From an uncultured Candidatus Saccharibacteria bacterium (GTDB lineage: Bacteria > Patescibacteriota > Minisyncoccia > Minisyncoccales > GWA2-38-27), in NCBI GenBank assembly GCA_964509645.1, contig CAZDXV010000001.1:81890-131918 (forward strand): 50,029 bases of DNA, in the 5' to 3' direction. A model generated the notes under the pieces. It was given only the letters and a program-made list of their open reading frames with translations. It was not told the DNA's origin and did not search any database. Positions 27,485 to 35,990 of this stretch are shown piece after piece. The translations under genes were made by a program, and so were the position numbers. The stretch's first letter is position 1; the number at the start of each line of letters is the position of its first letter.

Positions 27485-28318
27485 TTATTTAATCGCAGGA
27501 TGTTCCCAGTATGTTTTAGATGTGTTAGGGATGTCGCTTGTAAGAAAGTTTTCCCAATTTATTTTTTCCCAGCTTTCTTTTGTTACTGTTACCATCATTA
27601 CTTTACTTATGCTTTCATTTCCATGCTGATCTACTAAATTCAAGTATGGTTGAAATACAATGCTGCTTATTTTTTTGTCTAGTACTCCAGGCAATTCCTG
27701 TAATAATTTTTTAATATCTGTCCACATTCCTCGGCGCGTCATAGCAGTGGTAAGGTTTTCGTCTGCTGTGTAGCTTATCCATAATTCATCGTTTTCAATA
27801 ACAATCTCTCTTATTCTTTTTTCTTCCATATTTGTTTTTTCGCCCATAATTTCAATTATTTTGCTCTCTATTTTTCTTTCCGGGGTATCTTCTTTAGTTG
27901 TGTGCTGTATATTAGTCTCGGCAGAAGAGTTACTACTTGTCTCCACCTTTTTATCTTTCCCTCCAATTATCAAGATAAAGACTATCAGCAAGAAAAAGAA
28001 TATCCCTAATAATATTTTTTTTGCTGTTTTATCTCTTTTTCTCTTATTTTTATTTTTACTATTTTTTTCGATGGTTTCAGTTTTCCCTTGCAAAAAACTT
28101 ATTAAAGCCTTTCTTTCGTTAGAGTCTTTAATTTGGAATTCTATCTTTTTGTTTCCGGAACTTGTTATTGCAATTTTTCCTAGAAGTTTATTTTCTGAAA
28201 CTGAAGATATTTGCTTCTTTTTAATGAATTCTTTTTTAGAGATTCCTTCTAATTCTACTCCCTCCTTATAAACTCTTAATTTGGAACCGAGTCTTTTGTA
28301 TTCTTTTAGAATTTCCAT
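27485..28318 (-). CDS. Membrane protein with an N-terminal bacterial PH-like domain (hypothetical)
   Basis: 277 aa. The N-terminal ~80 aa (RVYKEGVEL...ISSVSENKLLGKIAITSSGNKKIEFQI) resembles YokE/bPH modules. This is followed by a basic linker, one TM segment (ILLGIFFFLLIVFILIIGG) and a C-terminal soluble domain. Confidence 0.5.
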   Translation of the reverse strand: MEILKEYKRLGSKLRVYKEGVELEGISKKEFIKKKQISSVSENKLLGKIAITSSGNKKIEFQIKDSNERKALISFLQGKTETIEKNSKNKNKRKRDKTAKKILLGIFFFLLIVFILIIGGKDKKVETSSNSSAETNIQHTTKEDTPERKIESKIIEIMGEKTNMEEKRIREIVIENDELWISYTADENLTTAMTRRGMWTDIKKLLQELPGVLDKKISSIVFQPYLNLVDQHGNESISKVMMVTVTKESWEKINWENFLTSDIPNTSKTYWEHPAIK

Positions 28319-28387
28319 GGTTTATTTATTTTTTTAAGTTATGTTAACGACCTTTTAAATTATCAGCTCTATTTTTTAGAGTTTCGT

Positions 28388-28473
28388 ACTATAAAGCCCC
28401 CGCGAGGTTTTATAGTCCGAAGACTATCGGCTATGCACACCGCCCCACGGGGGCTTGATAAGTGTGCATAGCC
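28388..28473 (-). other. Nested or alternative inverted repeats (candidate structured 5' leader RNA of the 27485..28318 gene)
   Basis: 12-bp perfect stem ggctatgcacac (28429-28440) / gtgtgcatagcc (28462-28473). Hairpin atagtc-cgaa-gactat (28412-28427; a UUCG loop on the minus strand). Competing pairings: actataaa (28388-28395)/tttatagt (28409-28416) and gcccccg (28396-28402)/cgggggc (28448-28454). A TATAAT lies on the minus strand at about 28492-28497. Confidence 0.4.
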
Positions 28474-28842
28474 TATTCAGTTGTTATTTAATTATACATC
28501 TTTAAATATCATTTTTCGATAAATTTTTTAATTAGGTGTTTTGCTTGCTTTTTACTATCAATTTTGCTTTCTGTTTCTTTTTCGTTGTTTATATCCAAAA
28601 CATTGCTTCTGAATATCTTCTATCTTCTATTTTACTTTTGGTTCGTTTGAACTAACTTTGTCTATTATTTTCAAGAGGACTGAGAAGGAGTGTCTTCTTT
28701 TAGCTTTTCTACTATCAAAGCGCATCTTATAGAAGATTTATCAGGCAGGTTTTTTATTTTTATTTTTACACGTCCCTTAAATTAGTTTAAAATAGTAATG
28801 TATAAAAGTAAACTATTGTAAACTCATTTATTGGTAGAAGGT

Positions 28843-29205
28843 ATGGAATTAATAAAAGAGTTATTTTTTTGTTTATCAATCTTCCTTAATATATTGGGCA
28901 CATATTATATTGCTAAGTCTTTGTTTTTTGATGCTCTTGCTCTCCCTCTCTGTCTCAAAAAATTAAGGAAAAAGAAAATCTCCTTAATGGAGAAAGCTTC
29001 AGCGCTATTGTTTGGGATAAGCGCAGATGACTTTTTAAAAAAATTTTCACCGAACAGAGATCTATCTAAGAAGGATATAAAGAAAATACGTGATAGGATG
29101 GCCCCCATAAAAGGTTTCGCATTAATTTCTTTGTCTCTGTTAATACAACTTTGCTTTTTTGTTAATCCAGTAGATGTTTGTAGAAAAATAATTTCGTGTT
29201 TTTGA
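28843..29205 (+). CDS. Small membrane protein (hypothetical)
   Basis: 120 aa from ATG 28843, with two hydrophobic segments. Followed by a terminator hairpin. Confidence 0.4.
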   Translation: MELIKELFFCLSIFLNILGTYYIAKSLFFDALALPLCLKKLRKKKISLMEKASALLFGISADDFLKKFSPNRDLSKKDIKKIRDRMAPIKGFALISLSLLIQLCFFVNPVDVCRKIISCF

Positions 29206-29209
29206 AATA

Positions 29210-29240
29210 AAAATCTCGGCTTTAGCCGAGATTTTCTTTT
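29210..29240 (+). terminator. Intrinsic terminator
   Basis: aaaatctcggc-ttta-gccgagatttt. Confidence 0.7.
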
Positions 29241-29348
29241 CTCTAGAAGGACGGCAATCCCTTCATCGATCACTTCATAGAAGTATCCGGGCAGCGAGCC
29301 GTGATAGGACTTTCTGCTGTCAGAGAAAATAGATTTTCTGCTCCTCAA
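29238..29348 (-). pseudogene. Possible remnant of a RelE/ParE-type toxin gene
   Basis: The minus-strand translation ...SIFSDSRKSYHGSLPGYFYEVIDEGIAVLLEKRK resembles the C-terminal beta-strands of ParE/RelE toxins (Y-R-x-x-Y-x-V-x-D-x-x-I-x-V-L pattern). The segment is locally GC-richer than its surroundings, and the rest of the track ORF is antisense to the 28843 gene. Confidence 0.25.
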
Positions 29349-29487
29349 AATGGATTGAGAAGTTTAGTGTGGCAAAAGGTAAGAAAGGTGTCAAACGTCT
29401 TTAGCTGCTACGTGATATAGATACCAGACTAATTTTATTATAACAGAACTTGTGAAAGGTAGACGAATTTATTGATAATATTTTTTC

Positions 29488-30210
29488 TTATTCTAATTTA
29501 ATCTTACAATCACTTCCTTCGGCACATTCGTAATAGATTGTTATTTTCTCTATTTCGGCGGGCTTTAAAGAAGAAATGAATGTATTTACTACTATTACAG
29601 AATCATCTTTGAAAAGTGGAAACCAATTAACAGCTAAAGGAGTTTTATTTTCTGAATAGGGAATAGTTGGCAAATAGGGAATATTATTTACTGCGTATAG
29701 TAGCCGGGTGATTGTGTCTGCTGGTATTTTCAAGCTTTGTGGTCTAAAAAGATGACCACCGACGCCATTTAATGCAACATAAAGGCTTTCATATTGGGTT
29801 AGGGGCTTCCCGTTAACCGAAGCTTCAGCATATAGATAAATGCGTGCAAATTCTCCCTTTGATATCATTTTTTTCCTATAGGTAATTATTTTTTCTATTT
29901 TTGCTCCAGGGACCCAGCTGGTTACATTTTTAATTATTTCCAAAGAGTTCAGGTCTTCAAGAGAATCATAATCTGGATATTCAGAAGGCTTAGGTTCGGG
30001 CTTTTCTGTAAGATGACAAGAATCGTCCCACCAATAGAAACCATGCTGTTGGCACATGCTTTCAGTATCACAAAGGTATATATGCTTTTTATTACAACCG
30101 ACATCTTTTTCAGATTTTTCAACCAAAAAAGAAATTGCGTATGTTGCAATAACAACAACAAGCGCCATTAATAATAAATGTTTAATTATTGTTGCTATTT
30201 TGTTCGGCAT
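29488..30210 (-). CDS. Hypothetical membrane-anchored or secreted Cys-containing protein
   Basis: 240 aa with an N-terminal signal anchor (LLLMALVVVIATYAISFLV). No family recognised. Confidence 0.5.
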   Translation of the reverse strand: MPNKIATIIKHLLLMALVVVIATYAISFLVEKSEKDVGCNKKHIYLCDTESMCQQHGFYWWDDSCHLTEKPEPKPSEYPDYDSLEDLNSLEIIKNVTSWVPGAKIEKIITYRKKMISKGEFARIYLYAEASVNGKPLTQYESLYVALNGVGGHLFRPQSLKIPADTITRLLYAVNNIPYLPTIPYSENKTPLAVNWFPLFKDDSVIVVNTFISSLKPAEIEKITIYYECAEGSDCKIKLE

Positions 30211-30559
30211 GATTAAACTTAAACCAAGTTATAGCCTTATTTATAAGAAACAATAGGGGAATAAATAACAAAAGAAATAAAAACTTATATTTTAAGGGGA
30301 TAGTTATCTTTTTTTCAGTTATTATTTCTATTATTTTAAGGGTTCCCCACCAGAGAACGCTGATAGTTATTCCTATAATTGGTAAAATGAAAGGCTCTTT
30401 AACTTTAGCACCAAATGCATTAGGCATTATTAAATCGGATAGCAAAAGGCTATTAACTCCAAATAAGATTATGTTAAGTCCTTCCAGCGTTGTGTTGTTT
30501 CCAGGATCTTTCTTCATCCAGAGGTGCCATTTTTCAAGATAGCCTTTAATTTTTCTCAA
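30182..30559 (-). CDS. Hypothetical small polytopic membrane protein
   Basis: 125 aa with 3 hydrophobic segments. Overlaps the downstream gene by 29 nt, so probably co-transcribed. Confidence 0.45.
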   Translation of the reverse strand: MRKIKGYLEKWHLWMKKDPGNNTTLEGLNIILFGVNSLLLSDLIMPNAFGAKVKEPFILPIIGITISVLWWGTLKIIEIITEKKITIPLKYKFLFLLLFIPLLFLINKAITWFKFNHAEQNSNNN

Positions 30560-30723
30560 AGTTGTTATTTAATTTATGGGTTTTAGCATTAGATTGCTTT
30601 CTTTTTAGATATTACACCTCTGATTTTAAAAATCAATGTTTTGTTGCACGTAACAAAACGGAACCTTCTATAATTTGTTGAAAAAGAGATGGAAAAGGAG
30701 TAAGGTGGAATATAAAAAGATTA

Positions 30724-31695
30724 ATGGGTAAACACGAAAGAGAACAAATCGAAAAGGCGGAGAAAATTATTATTAAACTCCTAAATTCTAAAAAAATAAA
30801 TGGTGCTGATAAAAATAATCCTTGGGTCAGCCATACTTTTAATATGGCCGACAGGATCCGAAAGGATTTTTCAAATATTAAAAAAGCCGAGCACTTGGGA
30901 AATCGCTATGACAATACAGGAGATATTCTAATCCTTGCTGATAAAGATGAGTTTTTTATTGAGATAAAAATGAGTGAAACGAAAAAAGGGGTTGGGACTA
31001 AAGCTAATATCGGCCAGGATGCTCTTGCAGATAATAATCTTTTTAAAGGGAACGCTATGAAATGGAGCGATTTTAGAAAAAACAGAAAGCATAATAGGTG
31101 GGTTGATAAATATTTAGACGAATTTATGAGATATCCTAAAAAAGTTCTAAGGATAAAAAACTCTGTTTCAAGAAGGGAAGAGAAAGCTAGGCACTTAAGA
31201 AAATTGCGGAAAAAAGGTAATAAGAAAGCTACAGATATTCTTTTAAGAATTCGTGAAAAAGATAAGAAAGAAAAAATAGATTATTTAAATTATTTAGAAA
31301 GTTTTAAACAAGATAAAGAGAAGATTAGAAGATTTCTTGTTTTAATAATGTTAGGAATTCACAGAAAAGAAACTATTAGAGAATTTATAGAAAATGATAA
31401 TTTTTTGCGGGAAGCCCGGAATCTTTTTGTATATTACAGTAATACCAAAAGAGGAAAAATTATTGTTCGAAGAGAAGATGTAGGAAGCAAGATAAGAAAA
31501 ATACTTAATACTTTTTCGGAATTTAGAATAATTTTTCCTAAAAGGACTACTCATTGTAAATTAATAGGCATAAGAGGGAAAAATCAACAGCCCCTTTTGC
31601 AGATAGTTTTTCACTGGAAAAATATTGCTCAAGGAATTAAAACACCCTGTCTTAATATTTTTGATTTATCAAGTAATATCTTCACTAAATATTAA
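30724..31695 (+). CDS. Putative type II restriction endonuclease (PD-(D/E)XK-like)
   Basis: 323 aa. GDILILADKDEFFIEIKMS fits a D...E-x-K catalytic motif. It converges on, and overlaps by 11 nt, the 3' end of the DNA methyltransferase gene. No closer family recognised. Confidence 0.55.
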   Translation: MGKHEREQIEKAEKIIIKLLNSKKINGADKNNPWVSHTFNMADRIRKDFSNIKKAEHLGNRYDNTGDILILADKDEFFIEIKMSETKKGVGTKANIGQDALADNNLFKGNAMKWSDFRKNRKHNRWVDKYLDEFMRYPKKVLRIKNSVSRREEKARHLRKLRKKGNKKATDILLRIREKDKKEKIDYLNYLESFKQDKEKIRRFLVLIMLGIHRKETIREFIENDNFLREARNLFVYYSNTKRGKIIVRREDVGSKIRKILNTFSEFRIIFPKRTTHCKLIGIRGKNQQPLLQIVFHWKNIAQGIKTPCLNIFDLSSNIFTKY

Positions 31696-33523
31696 TAGGA
31701 AAAAGTTTCTCTAGCTCTGTTTTTGAAATTTGAGTATTTCCTGTAATGTTTTTTATAAATTCTAGTTTTTCCTTAGAGGAAAGTTGACTTGCAATTTTAC
31801 CGAGAGTTATTTTTTTAGAAGCTTTATTTTTTGTAAGTTTCATTCTTATTTGTTTCTGATTAGAAGAAGGAAAAATTACATTTACATGGTTTTCAGCGAT
31901 AAACTTCATTCGCGGAGGTATTACGGCTGCTTTCAACTTGGATGATTTTACAGATCCAGTGATTCTGTTTACTACTATAGCAGGGCCTATATCATAATTA
32001 TTTGTTTTGACATATTGAGGTTTTTTCCTCTCTGCCAATGATAACCTTAGTCCTTTCTCTGTAATATTATGTGCCCAAATCAAAGGGACTCCTTTTTTTG
32101 GATTATTGGTTAGAAGTTCTTTATTTTTATTCCAAACCAATCTTCCTGTTTTTGCCTCAAAATCCAAATCATGGAGCGTGACGCTTTTTTTAAAGGATTT
32201 TTGTAAATATTGAGGGTTTTCGCTAAAAATTAGAATGCCATTTTTTTTGAAAATGTAGTTTCCTTTATTTTTACCCTTTTTAAGGACAATCAACATTGTT
32301 GATTGAAGAGCTTTGTTAAAGAGCTTAGGATCATCTAATACGTGCAAGTATTCAATGTTTGTATTTTCTACTATGTATTCTCTTAATTTGGAAAAATAAG
32401 CTCCGTTGTTCATTGAGGGAGGGACAACATAAGCCAGGCAGCCTCCTTTTTTGAGCCATTTAATTCCTTGATAGATGAATAAACTAAAAATATTTACTCT
32501 TCCGTTGATTATTTCTCTGAATTTATCTTTTATCTCGTCCGATGGAGAAAATTCATAATAGGGGGGATTACCGATTACAAAGTCGTATTTACCGTAGTCT
32601 TCGTTTAATAGGGAATCAGTTTTTTTAATTGTAGCTTCCGGAATAATTTTTCTTGCTATATTAGCTAGGTTTTTATCGATATCCCATCCGAACAGATCAG
32701 GATTTTTGAAGTGTTTTTTAGCTGTGACTAAGAATTCGCCGGTTCCATTGGCAGGATCTAGAATTTTTGGATTGTTTTTATTTTTCGGAAGTTTATCAAT
32801 TAAAGCCTTTCTTATTGATCTGGGGGTGAAATATTGTCCGAATGACTTTCTGTGTTTTATATCTGTTTTTTCCATATATTCTATTGTAGCGTCGTTAAAC
32901 TCTTTTTCTTTTGTTTTTTCTTTTAATTCTTTAAAATTTCGGATGACACTAACAACTTTGCCTTGAATAGCGAGTTCTTTTGTAAAAATGGGTTTGATTT
33001 TGGGATTAGCGGGCTGAAGCCTGAAACCGCCCCTTTCTTTATATATCTTTTTAAGGGTTACTTCGTTTTCATTTATTAAAGCTATAACAGTTTCTTCGTT
33101 TTCAGCAGTTGGCTGTTTTCTAATTACTACAATATCTCCGTTAAAAATTCCTTCCTCAATCATACTATTTCCTTGGACTTTTAAGGCATAATGTCTCCCT
33201 GTTTTTGACAGTTGAGATTTAGAGACTTCTACTGTTTCAGAATCTTCAATAGCCTCAATAGGTTCTCCGGCAGCGATAGTTCCCGCCAGAGGAAGGCTTA
33301 CTAGATTATTTTTTTTATTTCCATTTAATTCTATAGATCTATGCTGGTTTTCGGTTTTTCTCAAGCATCCCTTCTCTTTTAGTGATTCTACGTGTTGGTG
33401 AACCGTAGAAACAGAAGACAACCTAAATTTTCTTTTTATTTCTTCTAAAGAAGGGGAATAATCATTTTCTTCAATATATTCTTCAATATAGTCTAGTATC
33501 TGTTTTTGCCTTTTAGTAAGCAT
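31685..33523 (-). CDS. Fusion protein: full-length LexA repressor (aa 1-197) plus gamma-class N6-adenine DNA methyltransferase (TaqI/Eco57I-like, aa ~215-612)
   Basis: LexA part: the winged HTH (SPSLEEIKRKFRLSSVSTVHQHVESLKEKG), LPLAGTIAAGEP (Ala85-Gly86 cleavage site), VQGNSM (Ser120), VTLKK (Lys158), ending GKVVSVIRNF like the LexA C-terminus. MTase part: FGQYFTP, ILDPANGTGEF (motif I), VIGNPPY (motif IV) and a TaqI_C-like target recognition region. No stop codon occurs between the two parts. Confidence 0.8.
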   Translation of the reverse strand: MLTKRQKQILDYIEEYIEENDYSPSLEEIKRKFRLSSVSTVHQHVESLKEKGCLRKTENQHRSIELNGNKKNNLVSLPLAGTIAAGEPIEAIEDSETVEVSKSQLSKTGRHYALKVQGNSMIEEGIFNGDIVVIRKQPTAENEETVIALINENEVTLKKIYKERGGFRLQPANPKIKPIFTKELAIQGKVVSVIRNFKELKEKTKEKEFNDATIEYMEKTDIKHRKSFGQYFTPRSIRKALIDKLPKNKNNPKILDPANGTGEFLVTAKKHFKNPDLFGWDIDKNLANIARKIIPEATIKKTDSLLNEDYGKYDFVIGNPPYYEFSPSDEIKDKFREIINGRVNIFSLFIYQGIKWLKKGGCLAYVVPPSMNNGAYFSKLREYIVENTNIEYLHVLDDPKLFNKALQSTMLIVLKKGKNKGNYIFKKNGILIFSENPQYLQKSFKKSVTLHDLDFEAKTGRLVWNKNKELLTNNPKKGVPLIWAHNITEKGLRLSLAERKKPQYVKTNNYDIGPAIVVNRITGSVKSSKLKAAVIPPRMKFIAENHVNVIFPSSNQKQIRMKLTKNKASKKITLGKIASQLSSKEKLEFIKNITGNTQISKTELEKLFPINI

Positions 33524-33570
33524 ATTAAGATTATTAACAGCTTAATTTATTATATCATATAATACCGAAA

Positions 33571-33587
33571 GAAAACCGAAAGTTTTC
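33571..33587. promoter_or_regulatory. Palindromic candidate operator GAAAAC-N5-GTTTTC in the LexA-MTase promoter region
   Basis: gaaaaccgaaagttttc lies 48-64 nt upstream of the minus-strand ATG (33523), next to a minus-strand TATAAT (plus-strand attata at about 33550-33555). The form resembles Cheo-type LexA boxes (GAAC-N4-GTTC). Confidence 0.4.
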
Positions 33588-34234
33588 CACATGCTTTTTC
33601 CTTGATTTTATTTCGAGGATCGTGATATATTGGAATAATTAAAAGGGGTTTTAGCCCCGACTACGAAAATTACTCTGTAATCTTCAGCCGGGGTTAACCG
33701 GCTTGTTTAATTTTGTAAATTATATGAGTAAGAAAATAAAACCAAATAAGCCAAAGTTCATGACTGCGGAAAAATCGGTCGATTAGCTTGTAAGTTCTAT
33801 AATTTCATAAGAGAAAAGATTAAGATAGTAGGAGATTCTAAGTAATAAGCTAGATAAAAATGAAAAAAAGTTTAAAAAGTAGAGAACAATTTGTAAAACA
33901 AGTAGCTTATTTTTCTCGGTGCTCAAAAGGGCTTTAAATACGAAGAAATGATTAAATGGATAGATAAAAAACTTAAAAGGGACTGGAATGAGAAAATTAC
34001 TTTACCGAGAGCAAAAATAATAATGCAGAAGAAGTATAAAGCAATAAGCTTAATAATAGATTCTGCAAGGAAATATACTTAAAAAGAACCTAAAATCGGG
34101 AAAAAGGGACAAGTCTCGAATATTCAAGGAATTTGGCTTTTTAATAAAAACTAATTGAAAAAAAAGATTATGAGTTTTAGAAAAGCGGCAATAAAAGTTT
34201 TGGAAAAATTCAAAAGACTTCTTAAAAACTGAAT

Positions 34235-34669
34235 ATGGAACACGTTGCAATAATGAAAAAGTCTTGGGGGTTGCTTCCTAAAATCTTGACAGGAGAAAAA
34301 TCAGTGGAATCTCGTTGGTATAAAAACAGAACTGTTCCTTGGAATAAGATAAAAAGGGGAGATAATGTATATTTTAAGAATTCAGGAGAACCAGTAAAGA
34401 TCAAAACATCTGTTTCGGAGGTTTTACAACTTTCCGAACTTACTCCCGAAGAGGTTAAGAAAATATTATTTAAATACAGGGTCCAAGATGGATTAAAAGC
34501 AGATGAGTTAGATAAATATTATAAATTATTCCGGGATAAAAACTATTGTTTATTGGTATTTCTTAAAAATCCCAAGAAAGTAAAGCCGTTTAAGATAGAT
34601 AAGGCAGGATATGGAACTATGTCTGCCTGGATAACTGTTGATAACATCAAAAAATTAATTAAGAAATAG
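34235..34669 (+). CDS. ASCH-domain protein (PUA-like fold)
   Basis: 144 aa. The N-terminal HVAIMKKSWGLLPKILTGEKSVESRW matches the ASCH pattern (h-h-s-h-k-x-x-h-h-x-x-I-l-x-G-x-K-x-x-E-x-R). Confidence 0.65.
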   Translation: MEHVAIMKKSWGLLPKILTGEKSVESRWYKNRTVPWNKIKRGDNVYFKNSGEPVKIKTSVSEVLQLSELTPEEVKKILFKYRVQDGLKADELDKYYKLFRDKNYCLLVFLKNPKKVKPFKIDKAGYGTMSAWITVDNIKKLIKK

Positions 34670-34942
34670 AATTTATGGGGAAGTTTTCGAAGGAAAATAA
34701 TATTTTTGGGATTAGAAAAAGTTGGCTTTGTAGATTTTTTTTACAAGTTTAACAGCATGTATACAAGTTGCTATACTTTGTATACATTATAAGAAAGATG
34801 TAAACAAACTATTCATGGCAAAAAAGATTAAAATATATTATAAATCTTTTTGGATCATACAAAAGAAATTCGAAAATTAATCAAGAGTAACGGTAGCATC
34901 CATCCCGGGCGAAACTACTTTTAGATCCTCGGCAATAAAAAG

Positions 34943-34971
34943 TCGCCAAAAAGGCGATTTTTTGATAAAAT
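34943..34971 (+). repeat. 29-bp perfect direct repeat, copy 1 (terminator hairpin plus ttgataaaat)
   Basis: tcgccaaaaaggcgattttttgataaaat, identical to 44084-44112. Confidence 0.95.
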
Positions 34972-34979
34972 TATTGTAT

Positions 34980-35606
34980 ATGAGTATAATTTGTATTTTT
35001 GGAGATAGTATTGCTTGGGGAGCTTCTGATTCTGAGAAGGGAGGTTGGGTTGAACGTCTGAAGGTTTTTATGGGGGAAAACTATAACAGCGATGTCTATA
35101 ATCTCGGCATTTCTGGAGATAAGACCCCGAATATTTTAAAAAGATTTAAATTAGAAGCAAAAGCAAGAACAAAAGAAGCAGAAGATGTTGTTTTTATTTT
35201 TGCCATTGGCATCAATGATTCTTGTTTTGTGCGCAGTAAAAATGGTTTAATGATACAGCCGAAAAAATTTAAAGCGAACATAGAAAGGATAATAAAACAA
35301 GCGAAAGCGATAACCCCAAAAATTATTTTTATAGGATTAAATCCGGTTGATGAATCAAAAACCACGCCGATTTCTTGGGACACTGGTAAATCTTATAAAA
35401 ATGAGAATATAAAAAAACATGATGAAATTATAAAACTTATTTGCAAAGAGAAAAAGGTTTATTTTGTTGGAATTTTTAAAAACTGGATAGAGTCAAATTA
35501 TAAAGAATTATTAGAAGATGGCTTGCATCCGAATGTGGCTGGTCACAAAAGAATATTTGAAGCAGTGCAGAGTTTTTTAATTAAGAAAAAAATAATTAAA
35601 ATTTAG
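34980..35606 (+). CDS. SGNH/GDSL-family hydrolase
   Basis: The N-terminus MSIICIFGDSIAWG (GDS block I), GINDS (block III) and DGLHPN (block V, DxxH). ATG 34980 is preferred over TTG 34962. Confidence 0.8.
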   Translation: MSIICIFGDSIAWGASDSEKGGWVERLKVFMGENYNSDVYNLGISGDKTPNILKRFKLEAKARTKEAEDVVFIFAIGINDSCFVRSKNGLMIQPKKFKANIERIIKQAKAITPKIIFIGLNPVDESKTTPISWDTGKSYKNENIKKHDEIIKLICKEKKVYFVGIFKNWIESNYKELLEDGLHPNVAGHKRIFEAVQSFLIKKKIIKI

Positions 35607-35990
35607 CCAATTAATTTTGGAAAAAATAACCCAAAATTTAAAAATTAATTTAAAAATCCCACCGGCAGAGCAAAGTACATTACGAAGGGAGTAAAAAATA
35701 TAGAAAAGAAAAATAATAAGGAATTTTTTCATGTATTGTACCCTCCGCAATGTATTCTGCAAAATAACCTTGAAAATTATTAAAATTTTTAATATACTGA
35801 ACAATATAATAATAACCAAATTCAAAAAAGGTCAATGGAATTCTAAATATAAAACAGAAATAATTGTCTTATTAATACAATAAAAAGACATAAGCAAAAA
35901 TTAAAGATTAACGAAAAACAGCTTGGTGTTATAAAATGTATATCTTGAACAAAAGTATCCTAACAATTAAAAAATAAGGAAATAAATAGA

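Noticed and set aside
28905-29237. Most of the 147-aa minus-strand ORF 28905..29348.
   Set aside because: Most of it is antisense to the 28843..29205 gene and crosses its terminator. Only the first ~37 codons (29238-29348) look like real, remnant coding sequence.
33850-34082. Small ORFs MKKSLKSREQFVKQVAYF... and MIKWIDKKLKRDWNEKITLPRAKIIMQKKYKAISLIIDSARKYT, possibly one gene split at a T5 run.
   Set aside because: No family is recognised and both pieces are short. It is noted only as possible decay within the island, not as a feature.
34962-34990. A perfect-looking promoter, TTGATA-N17-TATAAT, formed partly by repeat copy 1.
   Set aside because: Its predicted start site would fall inside the GDSL hydrolase coding sequence, downstream of the only plausible start codons (34962/34980). 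It is probably fortuitous in AT-rich DNA.
35577-35825. 82-aa minus-strand ORF (or a 51-aa version from ATG 35732) in the AT-rich gap before aspS.
   Set aside because: The sequence is extremely AT-rich and Phe/Ile/Lys/Asn-dominated, overlaps the 3' end of the GDSL gene, and has no SD. It could be a tiny membrane peptide, but the evidence is too weak.
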